Translations under genes and position numbers: made by a program
From: Alkalispirochaeta sp.
GTDB lineage: Bacteria > Spirochaetota > Spirochaetia > DSM-27196 > Alkalispirochaetaceae
Direction of reading: 5' to 3'
Length of the DNA stretch: 64,000 nt
Assembly: GCA_965242725.1 (NCBI GenBank)
Contig: CBDESZ010000018.1
Coordinates: 288,001-352,000 of the forward strand
Shown: positions 10,383-19,770 of the stretch, piece after piece
Layout of the letters: each line of letters starts with the position of its first letter
Position numbering within the stretch: the first letter of the stretch is position 1
Notes under the pieces: model-generated
The model's input: only the letters and a program-made list of their open reading frames with translations
What the model was told of the DNA's origin: nothing
Database searches by the model: none

Positions 10383-11045
10383 ATGCCGATCGTTGTTGCC
10401 ATAGACGGACCGGCAGGTACGGGAAAGAGCTCGGTGAGTAAACGCCTCGCCGAACTTACCGGCTTTTTTTACATCAATTCAGGTCGTTTTTATCGCGCGA
10501 TCACATGGAAAGCCCTTCAGCAGGGCAAAAACAGTGCCAGTCCCCAGGCACTCATCGCCACGGCGTCGGATATTTCAATAGAAATTGATGGAAAACATCG
10601 ATTTCTAGTTGACGGAAAGGTGAGAAACAGGGAGCTCCACACGCCCGAAGTGGACAACGAGGTTGCAGCGGTATCTTCAATTCCGGAAGTTCGTATCGCC
10701 GTAAACACGCGGATAAAACGCATCGCCGGTTCCAGGGATATTATCGTGGAAGGAAGGGACATGAGCACCGTCGTCTTTCCCGACGCGGACGTCAAAGTCT
10801 ATCTCGATGCGGATCCTCATGAGCGGGCCCGGCGCAGAACGGCAGAGATTGGAAAAGACGCCGATTTCGACGAAATACTCGCCGGAATCAAAGAACGTGA
10901 CCATATTGATACTTCAAAAGCGATCGGTTCTCTCAAACAAAGTGAAGACGCCGAATACATCGACACCACGCACTTGACCCTTGACCAAGTTTGTGAGAAA
11001 GTTATCGACATTATCCACGTAAAAACAAAACACGGCAGGAGTTAA
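10383..11045 (+). CDS. cmk: Cytidylate kinase
   Basis: AIDGPAGTGKSS, VEGRDMSTVVFPDA; ATG after GGGGAGG. Confidence 0.95.
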   Translation: MPIVVAIDGPAGTGKSSVSKRLAELTGFFYINSGRFYRAITWKALQQGKNSASPQALIATASDISIEIDGKHRFLVDGKVRNRELHTPEVDNEVAAVSSIPEVRIAVNTRIKRIAGSRDIIVEGRDMSTVVFPDADVKVYLDADPHERARRRTAEIGKDADFDEILAGIKERDHIDTSKAIGSLKQSEDAEYIDTTHLTLDQVCEKVIDIIHVKTKHGRS

Positions 11046-11054
11046 CAGTCGATT

Positions 11055-12767
11055 ATGACAGAACAGGAAGCACAATTCGCCGACTCTTCTTCGGAGAACA
11101 ACCAACCCTCAGAACTGCAGATGCAGTTTCTCGACCAGTTGGATGAACTTGAAGAAGGTCAACTCGTCGACGGAACGGTAATTCAGATTAGCGGCGACGA
11201 GGTATTCGTAGATATCGGATATAAGGCCGAAGGCCGCATCCCCATGGCGGAGTTCGAGACGGTCCCCGATGTCGGCGACACGGTCGAGGTGGTGCTTCTG
11301 CGGAAGGACATCCGTAACGGAGGCGTTGCGGTTTCAAAACGGAAAGCAGATGAAAAACGTTTCTGGAAGGAGCTGAAAGACGCGTATCAGGAACGGCGGC
11401 CGGTAAAGGGAAAAGTCGTCAAGGCGATTAAAGGCGGTTTTGAGGTTCGTCTGCACGGGAACGTACGGGGCTTTAATCCGATCTCAAAGATCGATATACG
11501 TCGCGTCGACGAACCCGAAGAGTACGTCGGTATTGAAGACTACTTTTTCGTTGAACGAATTTACAGCGAAAATCGCGTAAATATCGTGTTGTCCCGCAGA
11601 GCATGGCTCGAACAGGAAACGGAGAAAAACCGGAACGCCTTTTTTGAGCAGGTTACGATTGGCGACGAAGTTGAAGGCGTCGTCAAGAGTTTCACGTCAT
11701 TCGGAGCCTTTATCGATCTCGGTGGTTTTGACGGACTGCTCCATATCAATGATATGAGCTGGGGTCACGTCACCCGCCCGAAGGACTACGTGAAAAAGGG
11801 CGACACCATCCGGCTGAAGGTCATCAAGATGGATCCCGAAGACAAGAAAATCAATCTCAGTCTTCGCCACATGACACCGGACCCGTGGGAATCTTTTGAA
11901 GATCACTACGCCGTCGATCAGGTGGTAAAGGGTACCGTCACAAAGCTGACCGATTTCGGTGCCTTTGTCGAAATCGAAGAAGGTATTGAAGGTCTTGTCC
12001 ACATTTCGGAGATGTCATGGGTGCAGCGCATCAGCCATCCCAAAGAGGTTCTTGAGCCGGGACAGGAAGTCGAAACCAAGATTCTTGATTACGACATACA
12101 GGCTGGACGCGTTTCCCTCGGCCTCAAGCAGGTTCTCGACAATCCCTGGGATGACATCGACGAGCGGTATCCCGTAGGCAAGCACCTCCATACGACGGTC
12201 AAAAAACTGACCGCCACAGGAGCGTTTGTCGAGGTGGAAGAGGGCATCGATGCATTCCTCCACGTTGACGACCTGAGCTGGACAAAGCGCTACAAGAACC
12301 CCGGTGCCGTCATCCAGGAAGGTCAGGAACTCGATGTCGTCGTCGTTCTGAGCGACCCGGATAATCAGAATATTCGCGTCGGCGTCAAACAGCTCGAAGA
12401 CGACCCCTGGCAGCAACTGAAAGAGGCGTATCCGCCCAAGAGCATTATCGAGGGTGAAATCACCAATATCACCGACTTCGGAATCTTTGTCCGTGTCCAG
12501 GGCGGTATTGAAGGCCTGATCAACAAGATGAACGTCGCGGACCCGCGCAACGAGAGTTTCGAAGATGCGGTGAAGAAATTCTCCGTAGGGGATACGGTAA
12601 AATGTGTCGTCACCGAGGTGAATCCCGGCCGACAGCGTCTCTCTCTGTCGATACGGGAACTCCATCGCCAGGAACAGCGGCAGGAACTTGAAAAGTATAT
12701 TCACGACGAGGACGAGGCCGGTACGGTCACGCTCGGCGATATGCTTAAGGAAAAACAGGACAATTGA
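11055..12767 (+). CDS. rpsA: 30S ribosomal protein S1
   Basis: Six S1 repeats (FGAFIDLGGFDGLLHI, FGAFVEIEEGIEGLVHISEMSW). Confidence 0.97.
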   Translation: MTEQEAQFADSSSENNQPSELQMQFLDQLDELEEGQLVDGTVIQISGDEVFVDIGYKAEGRIPMAEFETVPDVGDTVEVVLLRKDIRNGGVAVSKRKADEKRFWKELKDAYQERRPVKGKVVKAIKGGFEVRLHGNVRGFNPISKIDIRRVDEPEEYVGIEDYFFVERIYSENRVNIVLSRRAWLEQETEKNRNAFFEQVTIGDEVEGVVKSFTSFGAFIDLGGFDGLLHINDMSWGHVTRPKDYVKKGDTIRLKVIKMDPEDKKINLSLRHMTPDPWESFEDHYAVDQVVKGTVTKLTDFGAFVEIEEGIEGLVHISEMSWVQRISHPKEVLEPGQEVETKILDYDIQAGRVSLGLKQVLDNPWDDIDERYPVGKHLHTTVKKLTATGAFVEVEEGIDAFLHVDDLSWTKRYKNPGAVIQEGQELDVVVVLSDPDNQNIRVGVKQLEDDPWQQLKEAYPPKSIIEGEITNITDFGIFVRVQGGIEGLINKMNVADPRNESFEDAVKKFSVGDTVKCVVTEVNPGRQRLSLSIRELHRQEQRQELEKYIHDEDEAGTVTLGDMLKEKQDN

Positions 12768-12773
12768 TAGTCA

Positions 12774-14301
12774 ATGGGACTTGCACAGGTCGATCTCGAT
12801 CGGTTTCAAACGCTGATCGAGATCAATGCGCTGATCAATTCAGACTTCTCTGACCTGCGCGCCGTCCTGCAGCGTATCGTTGAGTCGGCGACGCGCCTCA
12901 CCGAAGGTGAGGCGTCGTCGTTGCTCCTGGTCAATCCCGATAACAACAAGCTCTATTTTGAAATAGCTCTCGGATCAAAGGCGCCGCAGATACAGAAATT
13001 TTCCCTCAACATGGGAGAAGGACTCGCCGGATGGGTTGCCCTCCACAACCAGTCGGTCATGGTCAATGACGTAGACGACGATCCCCGACACAAACGGGAT
13101 ATCGGACGGAAAATCGGGTACCCTGCGAGCTCGATACTGGCGGTACCGATGCGCGTCAAGGAACGTTGTATCGGCGTCATTGAAATTCTCAACAAGAAAG
13201 ACAACAAGAACTTCGACGAAGACGATCTCCAATGGCTGGAGATCTTTGCCAATCAGGCGGCCATTGCGATACAGAACGCAAAGGATTTTCAGCGGGTCCG
13301 CAAGGAAGTTGATCTCCTCCAGGATCGGGTGAAGACCGATGAAGGGTATCACTCCCTCATATGGGCGAGTCCCGTGATGGAAGAGCAGCTGCGCCTGGTG
13401 AAGAGAATCGCCCCCACCGACAGCACCGTGCTGATCCTCGGTGAGAGCGGGGTGGGCAAGGAGCTCATCGCGGAGCAGATTCATCTCAAGTCAAATCGTT
13501 CGGAAGCGCCTTTTGTACGCGTCAATTGCGCCGCCCTGCCTGCGACGCTGCTTGAAAGTGAACTCTTCGGCCACGTGAAGGGCGCCTTCACCGACGCAAT
13601 TCAGGACCGGCGGGGTCGATTTGAACTCGCCGACGGGGGGTACCATCTTTCTCGACGAAATCGGCGATCTTCCCCTGCCGCTGCAGGCCAAAATGTTGCG
13701 AGTAATTCAGGAGAAGACCTTCGAGCGGCTCGGCGCAAGCGAATCGATATCGGTGGATGTCCGTATCGTCACCGCCACAAACAAGGATATTGAAAAACTT
13801 GTGGAACAGGGCGAATTCCGTCGGGACCTGTACTATCGGCTCAACGTCCTGCCCCTGACGATTCCCCCCCTGCGACGACGCCCCGAAGATATCGGCGAGT
13901 TGGCGGAGTTCTTTCTGAAACGCTTCTCACGGGAGACAAACAAGCATATCGTCGGATTTTCCGAGGACGCCATGGAAAGCCTCCTTTCCTATCAGTGGCC
14001 CGGAAATGTCAGAGAACTCGAAAATGCAGTTGAACGAGCAGTCGTCATCTCCCAACACGAACGAATCCTTCCGGAGGACCTCCTCATACACCGGCCCTAC
14101 GCGGCGGAACATACGGAGTTTCAGGGCCGCACCCTGAAAGACAGCGTTCAATTGTTCAAGAAACGCTTCATCAAGGAAGCTTTGAAGCGTCACAATGGAA
14201 ATCACACCGAAACGGCGCAAGAGCTCGGTATTCAGCGATCATACCTCTCGAAGCTCGTGAAGGATCTGAAAATATCACGCAAAGGAGTAAGCTCACCATG
14301 A
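12774..14301 (+). CDS. GAF-domain sigma54-dependent activator (NifA-like architecture), with an apparent +1 G in run 13635-13640
   Basis: N-terminal GAF, Walker [24 protein letters not shown]; after the shift [27 protein letters not shown] and a Fis-type HTH. Confidence 0.9.
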
Positions 14302-14981
14302 GCGATCATACACACAAACCCGGTAAGGCTGAGCACATACAACAGTTTCTGAGTGCCAATCGAAAGATCCTTTCCGTCATTGCGGTGGTTCTCATCGTCG
14401 GAATCATCGCCTCCGTCGGCGTATCCCAATGGCTCAACGCACGTGCCCAGGCGTCCGCGGAAATGGCGGAGCAGATACAGCGCCTGTGGGAGGAATACTC
14501 CTCCGGCAGTGAAGGTGAAGGCGAGGAGGCGTTGCGTACCGCCATAGACGAGGCGATCGAAATGTATCCGCGGGACTACGCATCACTCCGGGCGCTTTTC
14601 ATTCTCGGTCAGCTTGAGTTTGAACTCGAGAACTACCAGGCCTCCCTCGAAGCGTATCGGGACCTTGCCGATCGCCATCAGGGCACATATATCGAGCCCA
14701 CCGCGCTCGCAGCAGCAGCCGCCGCCGCGGAAGAGGCGGGTGACGCCGCCACTGCCCGGGAACTCTACGGTAGACTCGTGGAAATAGAAGATGCGCCGAA
14801 TCTGGAACGGGCACACGGACTATTCAACCTCGGACGCCTCGCCGAATCGGCGGGAGATGTAGACCTCGCGCTTGAGTACTACAATCGACTCGTGGATGAA
14901 CACGGCGGGAGCAATTGGACAAACCTCGGGAGAAACCGTATAATCTGGCTGACAAGCCGGGGACCCGCAACCGAGGGATAA
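14298..14981 (+). CDS. Membrane-anchored TPR protein (YfgM-like)
   Basis: Single N-terminal TM followed by TPRs; ATGA overlap with the activator. Confidence 0.75.
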   Translation: MSDHTHKPGKAEHIQQFLSANRKILSVIAVVLIVGIIASVGVSQWLNARAQASAEMAEQIQRLWEEYSSGSEGEGEEALRTAIDEAIEMYPRDYASLRALFILGQLEFELENYQASLEAYRDLADRHQGTYIEPTALAAAAAAAEEAGDAATARELYGRLVEIEDAPNLERAHGLFNLGRLAESAGDVDLALEYYNRLVDEHGGSNWTNLGRNRIIWLTSRGPATEG

Positions 14982-15091
14982 TTCTCTGGTACGAAAGACG
15001 TTTCCGCTTCCTCCCGGCGCACATGCCGCCGGGTAGGGCGACCGTCGTCGATACGTGCCGGCCCGGTCACTGCGCTGACAAGGAGTCCTTG

Positions 15092-17476
15092 ATGGCACAA
15101 AAAAGGGCAAAAATACTTGAAACACGCTACTTCGGTTTTGTTATTGCCGCCATAGTAGTGCTTCTCTTTCTGGCCCTCTCCACCACAACGACGATTCCGG
15201 ACCGCCTGGAATTGAAAATGCTCGACGTCCACTTCAACATGAAGAACGTCTTTCGGGCCCAGTCCGTTCAGGAAGGGGTCACCGTGGTCCAGCGCAACCC
15301 CAACATCTCGGAAGACATACTTCTCATCGGTATCGATCCGACGACGCTTTCCCGGTTCGGTCGCTGGCCCTTTCCCCGGTTTCGACACGCCGATCTGGTG
15401 AATTCATTTTCCCGTGTCTCCGATCAGTCAAATCGTGAACGCGCACTGCTGCTGGATCTCTTTTTTGTCGAAACCAGCGACGCCGTGGATGACGCGCTCC
15501 TCCGTGATGCGATGGAAAAGAGCGGCCGGGTGTTTCTGGAGACGATTCTTGAATACAGTCCGCCCAATCCCGCAAACTATGAAGAGTACTTTGCCCGGCA
15601 CCGGCAGCTGTACGACACCGCGGGACGCCTCACCGATGTCAGCGGAGACTGGCGGCGCCTCCCGTCGTTTTTCGGCCTCCAGCCGCCGCTGAAACCGTTT
15701 GCGGCGAGTCTCAGTGGATACGGACACGCAAATCTCTGGGATGATTACGACAGTGTCTACAGGCGGCAGCCGATGGTCGCCCGTCTTTCCGAAGAGGTGG
15801 AAACCTACCAGCTTGAAGAGCTCCATCCGGGCATGTCCATTTCAACGGACAGCTACGAACGTCTCGTCTGGTTCGATCGGGACGGAAGAGATCACGCCGT
15901 GGAAATGCCGATCACCGAGAGCGGTCTCGAGGAACTGCGAACCACATTGGAAGCGGAAGCACCGGTCCTTCTCATCGACAATGATGGGGACGGCACTCCC
16001 GATGTGGAGACCTTTCGCATTACCCATTATCGGGAGCACTTTGTTCCGTCGATCACCCTCGCCCTTGCCCTTGATTACTTCAACCGCACCCTGGAGGAGG
16101 CAGAGGTCCGTATCGGGGAGTATATCCGCATTCCCGATCCCAAGTATTTCGACACCGAATCGGAGCAGTGGGTTGACTACCAGATCCTTGAGCGCCCCGC
16201 CGTCTACGACGACGAGGGGACTGAGGTGGAACCCGCCGTCTACCGCGAAGCCGACGAAATCATTATTCCCATCGATGAGCGCGGCACCATGCTCATTAAC
16301 TACATGGGACGGCGATCGAGTCCCGCTCGGGACGGCTATCAGACATTTCCCGTGAGACCCTATTACGGGTACGCCGCCCGGATACCCAGCCAGTTTCCTG
16401 AAGAGTGGCCCGATACGAGGGCTGTTGAAAACAAGATTCTCATGGTCGGAGCTTTTGCACAGGGCATGGCGGACGACGAGAAACTGACGCCCTACGGTTT
16501 GATGTACGGTGTGGAGGTACACGCCAACGCGCTCAATACGATCATCATGGACAAGTTTATTCGGTACGCGCCGTCATGGTTTGATTTCGCCGTACTCGTG
16601 GTTGCAGCGTTTCTTGTCGCCTTTATGAGCTCGCGGCTTTCGACGATATGGGCCATGATCGCGACGATTGTCCTGGTAATCGTCCACTTTTTCACAACAA
16701 CTATCGTCTTTGATACCGAATCCCTCATGGTGAACTTTTCCACTCCCGCAATCGCGATGCTCGTTACCTTTGTAAGCATCGTCGTCTATCGCGTCATCAC
16801 CGAAGAACGGGACAAGCGGCGCATACGGGACATGTTCGGAAAGTATGTAAGTCCCGCCGTGGTAAGCGAAATTCTCGAAAATCCCCCTGAGCTGGGCGGC
16901 GTCGACAAGGATCTCACCGTCTTTTTCAGTGACATCAGGGGATTTACCACCCTGTCGGAATCGATGACACCGCAGGAGCTCGTCAATCACCTCAATGTCT
17001 ATCTTACCGCCATGACCGACATCATTCTTGAATACCGGGGAACTCTCGACAAGTACGTCGGCGATGAGATCATGTGCTTCTGGGGTGCTCCGCTTCCACA
17101 GGAGGATCACGCAATTCTCGCGTGCAAATGCGCCCTCCGCCAGATGGAACGGCTGAATGAACTCAATGCCGGGTGGTCCGCGGAAAAACGCATCAATATC
17201 GGCATCGGACTCAATACGGGAATCATGACCGTGGGCAACATGGGAAGCCTCGGTCGTATGAACTACACCCTGACCGGAGACAATGTGAATCTCGGAGCCC
17301 GTCTGGAAGGGACCAATAAAGAATACGGCACCAACGTTATCATCAGTGAGTATACCTACGGCCTCGTCAAAGACCGTGTCATTGCCCGGGAACTGGACAA
17401 CATCCGTGTAAAGGGCAAGAACAGACCGGTCCAGATATATGAACTGATCGACGTGCCTGAGGGGCTTGATCCCTGA
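15092..17476 (+). CDS. CHASE2-domain class III adenylate cyclase
   Basis: ATG after AAGGAG; CHASE2 motifs GRWPFPR and YGVEVHANALNTI; three TM helices; catalytic FSDIRGFT, DKYVGD, YTLTGDNVNLGARLE. Confidence 0.92.
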   Translation: MAQKRAKILETRYFGFVIAAIVVLLFLALSTTTTIPDRLELKMLDVHFNMKNVFRAQSVQEGVTVVQRNPNISEDILLIGIDPTTLSRFGRWPFPRFRHADLVNSFSRVSDQSNRERALLLDLFFVETSDAVDDALLRDAMEKSGRVFLETILEYSPPNPANYEEYFARHRQLYDTAGRLTDVSGDWRRLPSFFGLQPPLKPFAASLSGYGHANLWDDYDSVYRRQPMVARLSEEVETYQLEELHPGMSISTDSYERLVWFDRDGRDHAVEMPITESGLEELRTTLEAEAPVLLIDNDGDGTPDVETFRITHYREHFVPSITLALALDYFNRTLEEAEVRIGEYIRIPDPKYFDTESEQWVDYQILERPAVYDDEGTEVEPAVYREADEIIIPIDERGTMLINYMGRRSSPARDGYQTFPVRPYYGYAARIPSQFPEEWPDTRAVENKILMVGAFAQGMADDEKLTPYGLMYGVEVHANALNTIIMDKFIRYAPSWFDFAVLVVAAFLVAFMSSRLSTIWAMIATIVLVIVHFFTTTIVFDTESLMVNFSTPAIAMLVTFVSIVVYRVITEERDKRRIRDMFGKYVSPAVVSEILENPPELGGVDKDLTVFFSDIRGFTTLSESMTPQELVNHLNVYLTAMTDIILEYRGTLDKYVGDEIMCFWGAPLPQEDHAILACKCALRQMERLNELNAGWSAEKRINIGIGLNTGIMTVGNMGSLGRMNYTLTGDNVNLGARLEGTNKEYGTNVIISEYTYGLVKDRVIARELDNIRVKGKNRPVQIYELIDVPEGLDP

Positions 17477-17532
17477 TTAATCGTCCGTCTGCCCTCTCGA
17501 ACATCAGGATTGGCGGGGTAATTGGCAGGGTA

Positions 17533-18345
17533 GTGGGGTTGTTTGCAACGTCTCTCCTGGCATTTCAGTTTATTGCGTGCGGTCTGCCCTCCATACCGAT
17601 TATCGATCCCCCAATTGATCCTGCATATGCCGAAGGGACGCTCAATTCTCCGGGACAGCAGGTCCTTTCATTCACCCATAATCCGGACAATAACGTGGAT
17701 GATTTTCGCGGCTACGTCCTCTATTACAAGTTGTATCCTCCGACCGACTCACCGCTATCGTCATCCATCGAAAGTGACAGGGATTTTATTGAGGCAACGC
17801 CACGGGACACCGGACCGCGGCGCCTCCAGACGCGCGGGTTCCGCCGTCTCGTATCGGTCACCAATCGCGATGGCAATTCCGATGCGATCCTTGAGTATAT
17901 CGACAGTGATCCCGATCTTCATCTCCCCCTGGACCCGACGGGAACACCGATCGTCTTTGAGCTCGACCTCCGCCAGCCCAGCCTCCGGAACGAAGGATCC
18001 GTCGACACCGTCGCGGAAAATACGGAGATTGTGGTGACATGGAATCAAGGGGGCGAGAAGTCCCGTGGTTTCCGACGAAGGAGTACCACCGAAAGCAGTG
18101 AATCGACGCTTCCTCAGGATCGGTGGGAGGGATTCTGGTACGCCGACGGATATGATGCGGGCGATCCGGACATATATCGTGCACTCTATGAAGGGGAAAC
18201 CTTCGATGTCATCACTGATCCCAACTACAACGGTGAATTGACGATAGTATTATATGTACTTACATACGCGACCGACGCAACGACATTTCGACCGTATTAC
18301 AGCGAACCCTTGCGACTGCCCGAGGCGACGCTCGTCGTCGAGTGA
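17533..18345 (+). CDS. Putative lipoprotein, function unknown
   Basis: Lipobox-like FIA-C after a hydrophobic stretch; the frame is open back to CTG 17473. Confidence 0.65.
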   Translation: MGLFATSLLAFQFIACGLPSIPIIDPPIDPAYAEGTLNSPGQQVLSFTHNPDNNVDDFRGYVLYYKLYPPTDSPLSSSIESDRDFIEATPRDTGPRRLQTRGFRRLVSVTNRDGNSDAILEYIDSDPDLHLPLDPTGTPIVFELDLRQPSLRNEGSVDTVAENTEIVVTWNQGGEKSRGFRRRSTTESSESTLPQDRWEGFWYADGYDAGDPDIYRALYEGETFDVITDPNYNGELTIVLYVLTYATDATTFRPYYSEPLRLPEATLVVE

Positions 18346-18409
18346 TTTCGGCGAGTAATCCCGATTCCGTCGGATTGTCCATACGCCGATTTTGTGATAT
18401 CACTGTGAC

Positions 18410-18712
18410 GTGCGAACGCTTTTTCTTGCCGTAAGTCTCAGCTATATCGTCACGGGATTTCTCGTTGCATTGTTCTTCGTCTACGTGTTCCGCCGCCGGT
18501 TTACCGGTCACTTCTGGGCCGCCGCCGTCGTAGCGGTGATCGGTGCATTTCTTGGCGGCCTCGTGGAATACCTCTTCAGTGACGTCATACGCACCCTGGC
18601 ATCAATTAACGGCGTCTTCAATATTTTCCCGCCCGTAATCGCCGCATCGATCTTTCTCACAGTCTTTTCCAGGTTGAGTGAAAAAGGGGACGAATACGGA
18701 GACGACCGCTGA
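18410..18712 (+). CDS. Small membrane protein (GlsB/YeaQ/YmgE-like)
   Basis: Three hydrophobic segments with VIGAFLGG motif. Confidence 0.6.
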   Translation: MRTLFLAVSLSYIVTGFLVALFFVYVFRRRFTGHFWAAAVVAVIGAFLGGLVEYLFSDVIRTLASINGVFNIFPPVIAASIFLTVFSRLSEKGDEYGDDR

Positions 18713-18856
18713 TGTATTCGGCGAATTCCTGGATACGCAACGATTTCGACCGCATTTTTTTGATATCATATAACTTCTGATAATGGATATTCTGTCTACT
18801 AAGATTTTTTATCTTTTTCTTCGAGCGACCGAACTACGATATATGAGGCAAAACCA

Positions 18857-19744
18857 ATGAACGACAACCCCACCTGGCATGTACATGAATCAACCCTGAA
18901 CTCCCTCGAGTCGCACCGTCGTTCCGACGAGACGGCAGATTTCGCGCTCTACGCCTCGATCATACGACGCCTCCGCGCCCCCGACGGATGTCCCTGGGAC
19001 CGCAAGCAGACCCTGCAGTCTTTGCGGCGGTATATCGTTGAAGAAGCGTTCGAACTCATCGCGGCAATACAGGACGGTGACCGGAACGATATAGCCGAGG
19101 AATTGGGCGATGTCATTCTGGTTACATTTCTCATCGCCGGAGCTCTCGAAACCGAGTCAGGGATCACCATCAGTGAAGTTCTCAGGGAAAATGGAGAAAA
19201 ACTGATTCGCCGTCACCCCCATGTATTTGGCGACACCACGGTAAATGGGAGCGACGACGTCGTCCGTAACTGGAATGAAATCAAGGCGAACCACGAGGGA
19301 CGGTCGGATTCACCCCTTTCAGTAAGCGCCGGCCTTCCGCCCCTTGAACGGGCCCAGGAAATTCAGAAAAAGGCATCGAAGCTCGGATTTGACTGGGACA
19401 GTGTCTTTCCCGCCCTGGAAAAGGTTCGGGAAGAACTGAATGAACTGGAGACACTTCTCGCCGGGCACGATGTTGAAAACAACGCAGCCTCCGTCAGGGA
19501 CAATCCGGACGTGGAAAAAGAGATCGGTGATCTTATCTTTTCCACCGTAAACGTGGCGCGGCACCTGAAGTCGGATATCTCCGTCGCCCTTTCCCGGTCA
19601 AACGAGTCATTTCTGAAACGTTTCGGTCATATTGAGTCATCCCTTTTCCGCGACGGGAAATCCTTTCATGACGCAACGCTTGAAGAACTGGATGACCTGT
19701 GGAACGAGGCAAAAACACTGGAACCCACCGACGGAGGTTCCTGA
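18857..19744 (+). CDS. mazG: Nucleoside triphosphate pyrophosphohydrolase MazG
   Basis: LRAPDGCPWDRKQT, EELGD, KLIRRHPHVF, second domain EIGDLIF. Confidence 0.95.
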   Translation: MNDNPTWHVHESTLNSLESHRRSDETADFALYASIIRRLRAPDGCPWDRKQTLQSLRRYIVEEAFELIAAIQDGDRNDIAEELGDVILVTFLIAGALETESGITISEVLRENGEKLIRRHPHVFGDTTVNGSDDVVRNWNEIKANHEGRSDSPLSVSAGLPPLERAQEIQKKASKLGFDWDSVFPALEKVREELNELETLLAGHDVENNAASVRDNPDVEKEIGDLIFSTVNVARHLKSDISVALSRSNESFLKRFGHIESSLFRDGKSFHDATLEELDDLWNEAKTLEPTDGGS

Positions 19745-19770
19745 ATATGCAAATGCACCGGGTCAACCTG

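Noticed and set aside
14982..15091. GC hairpin (CCCGGCG/CGCCGGG, 15013-15033) before the cyclase as a riboswitch or sigma54 promoter
   Set aside because: No recognisable riboswitch core, no U-tract, and TGGTACG lacks a GC at -12 spacing
18857..19744. mazG as part of an anti-phage or toxin-antitoxin system
   Set aside because: Ordinary two-domain housekeeping MazG with no adjacent defence or toxin genes
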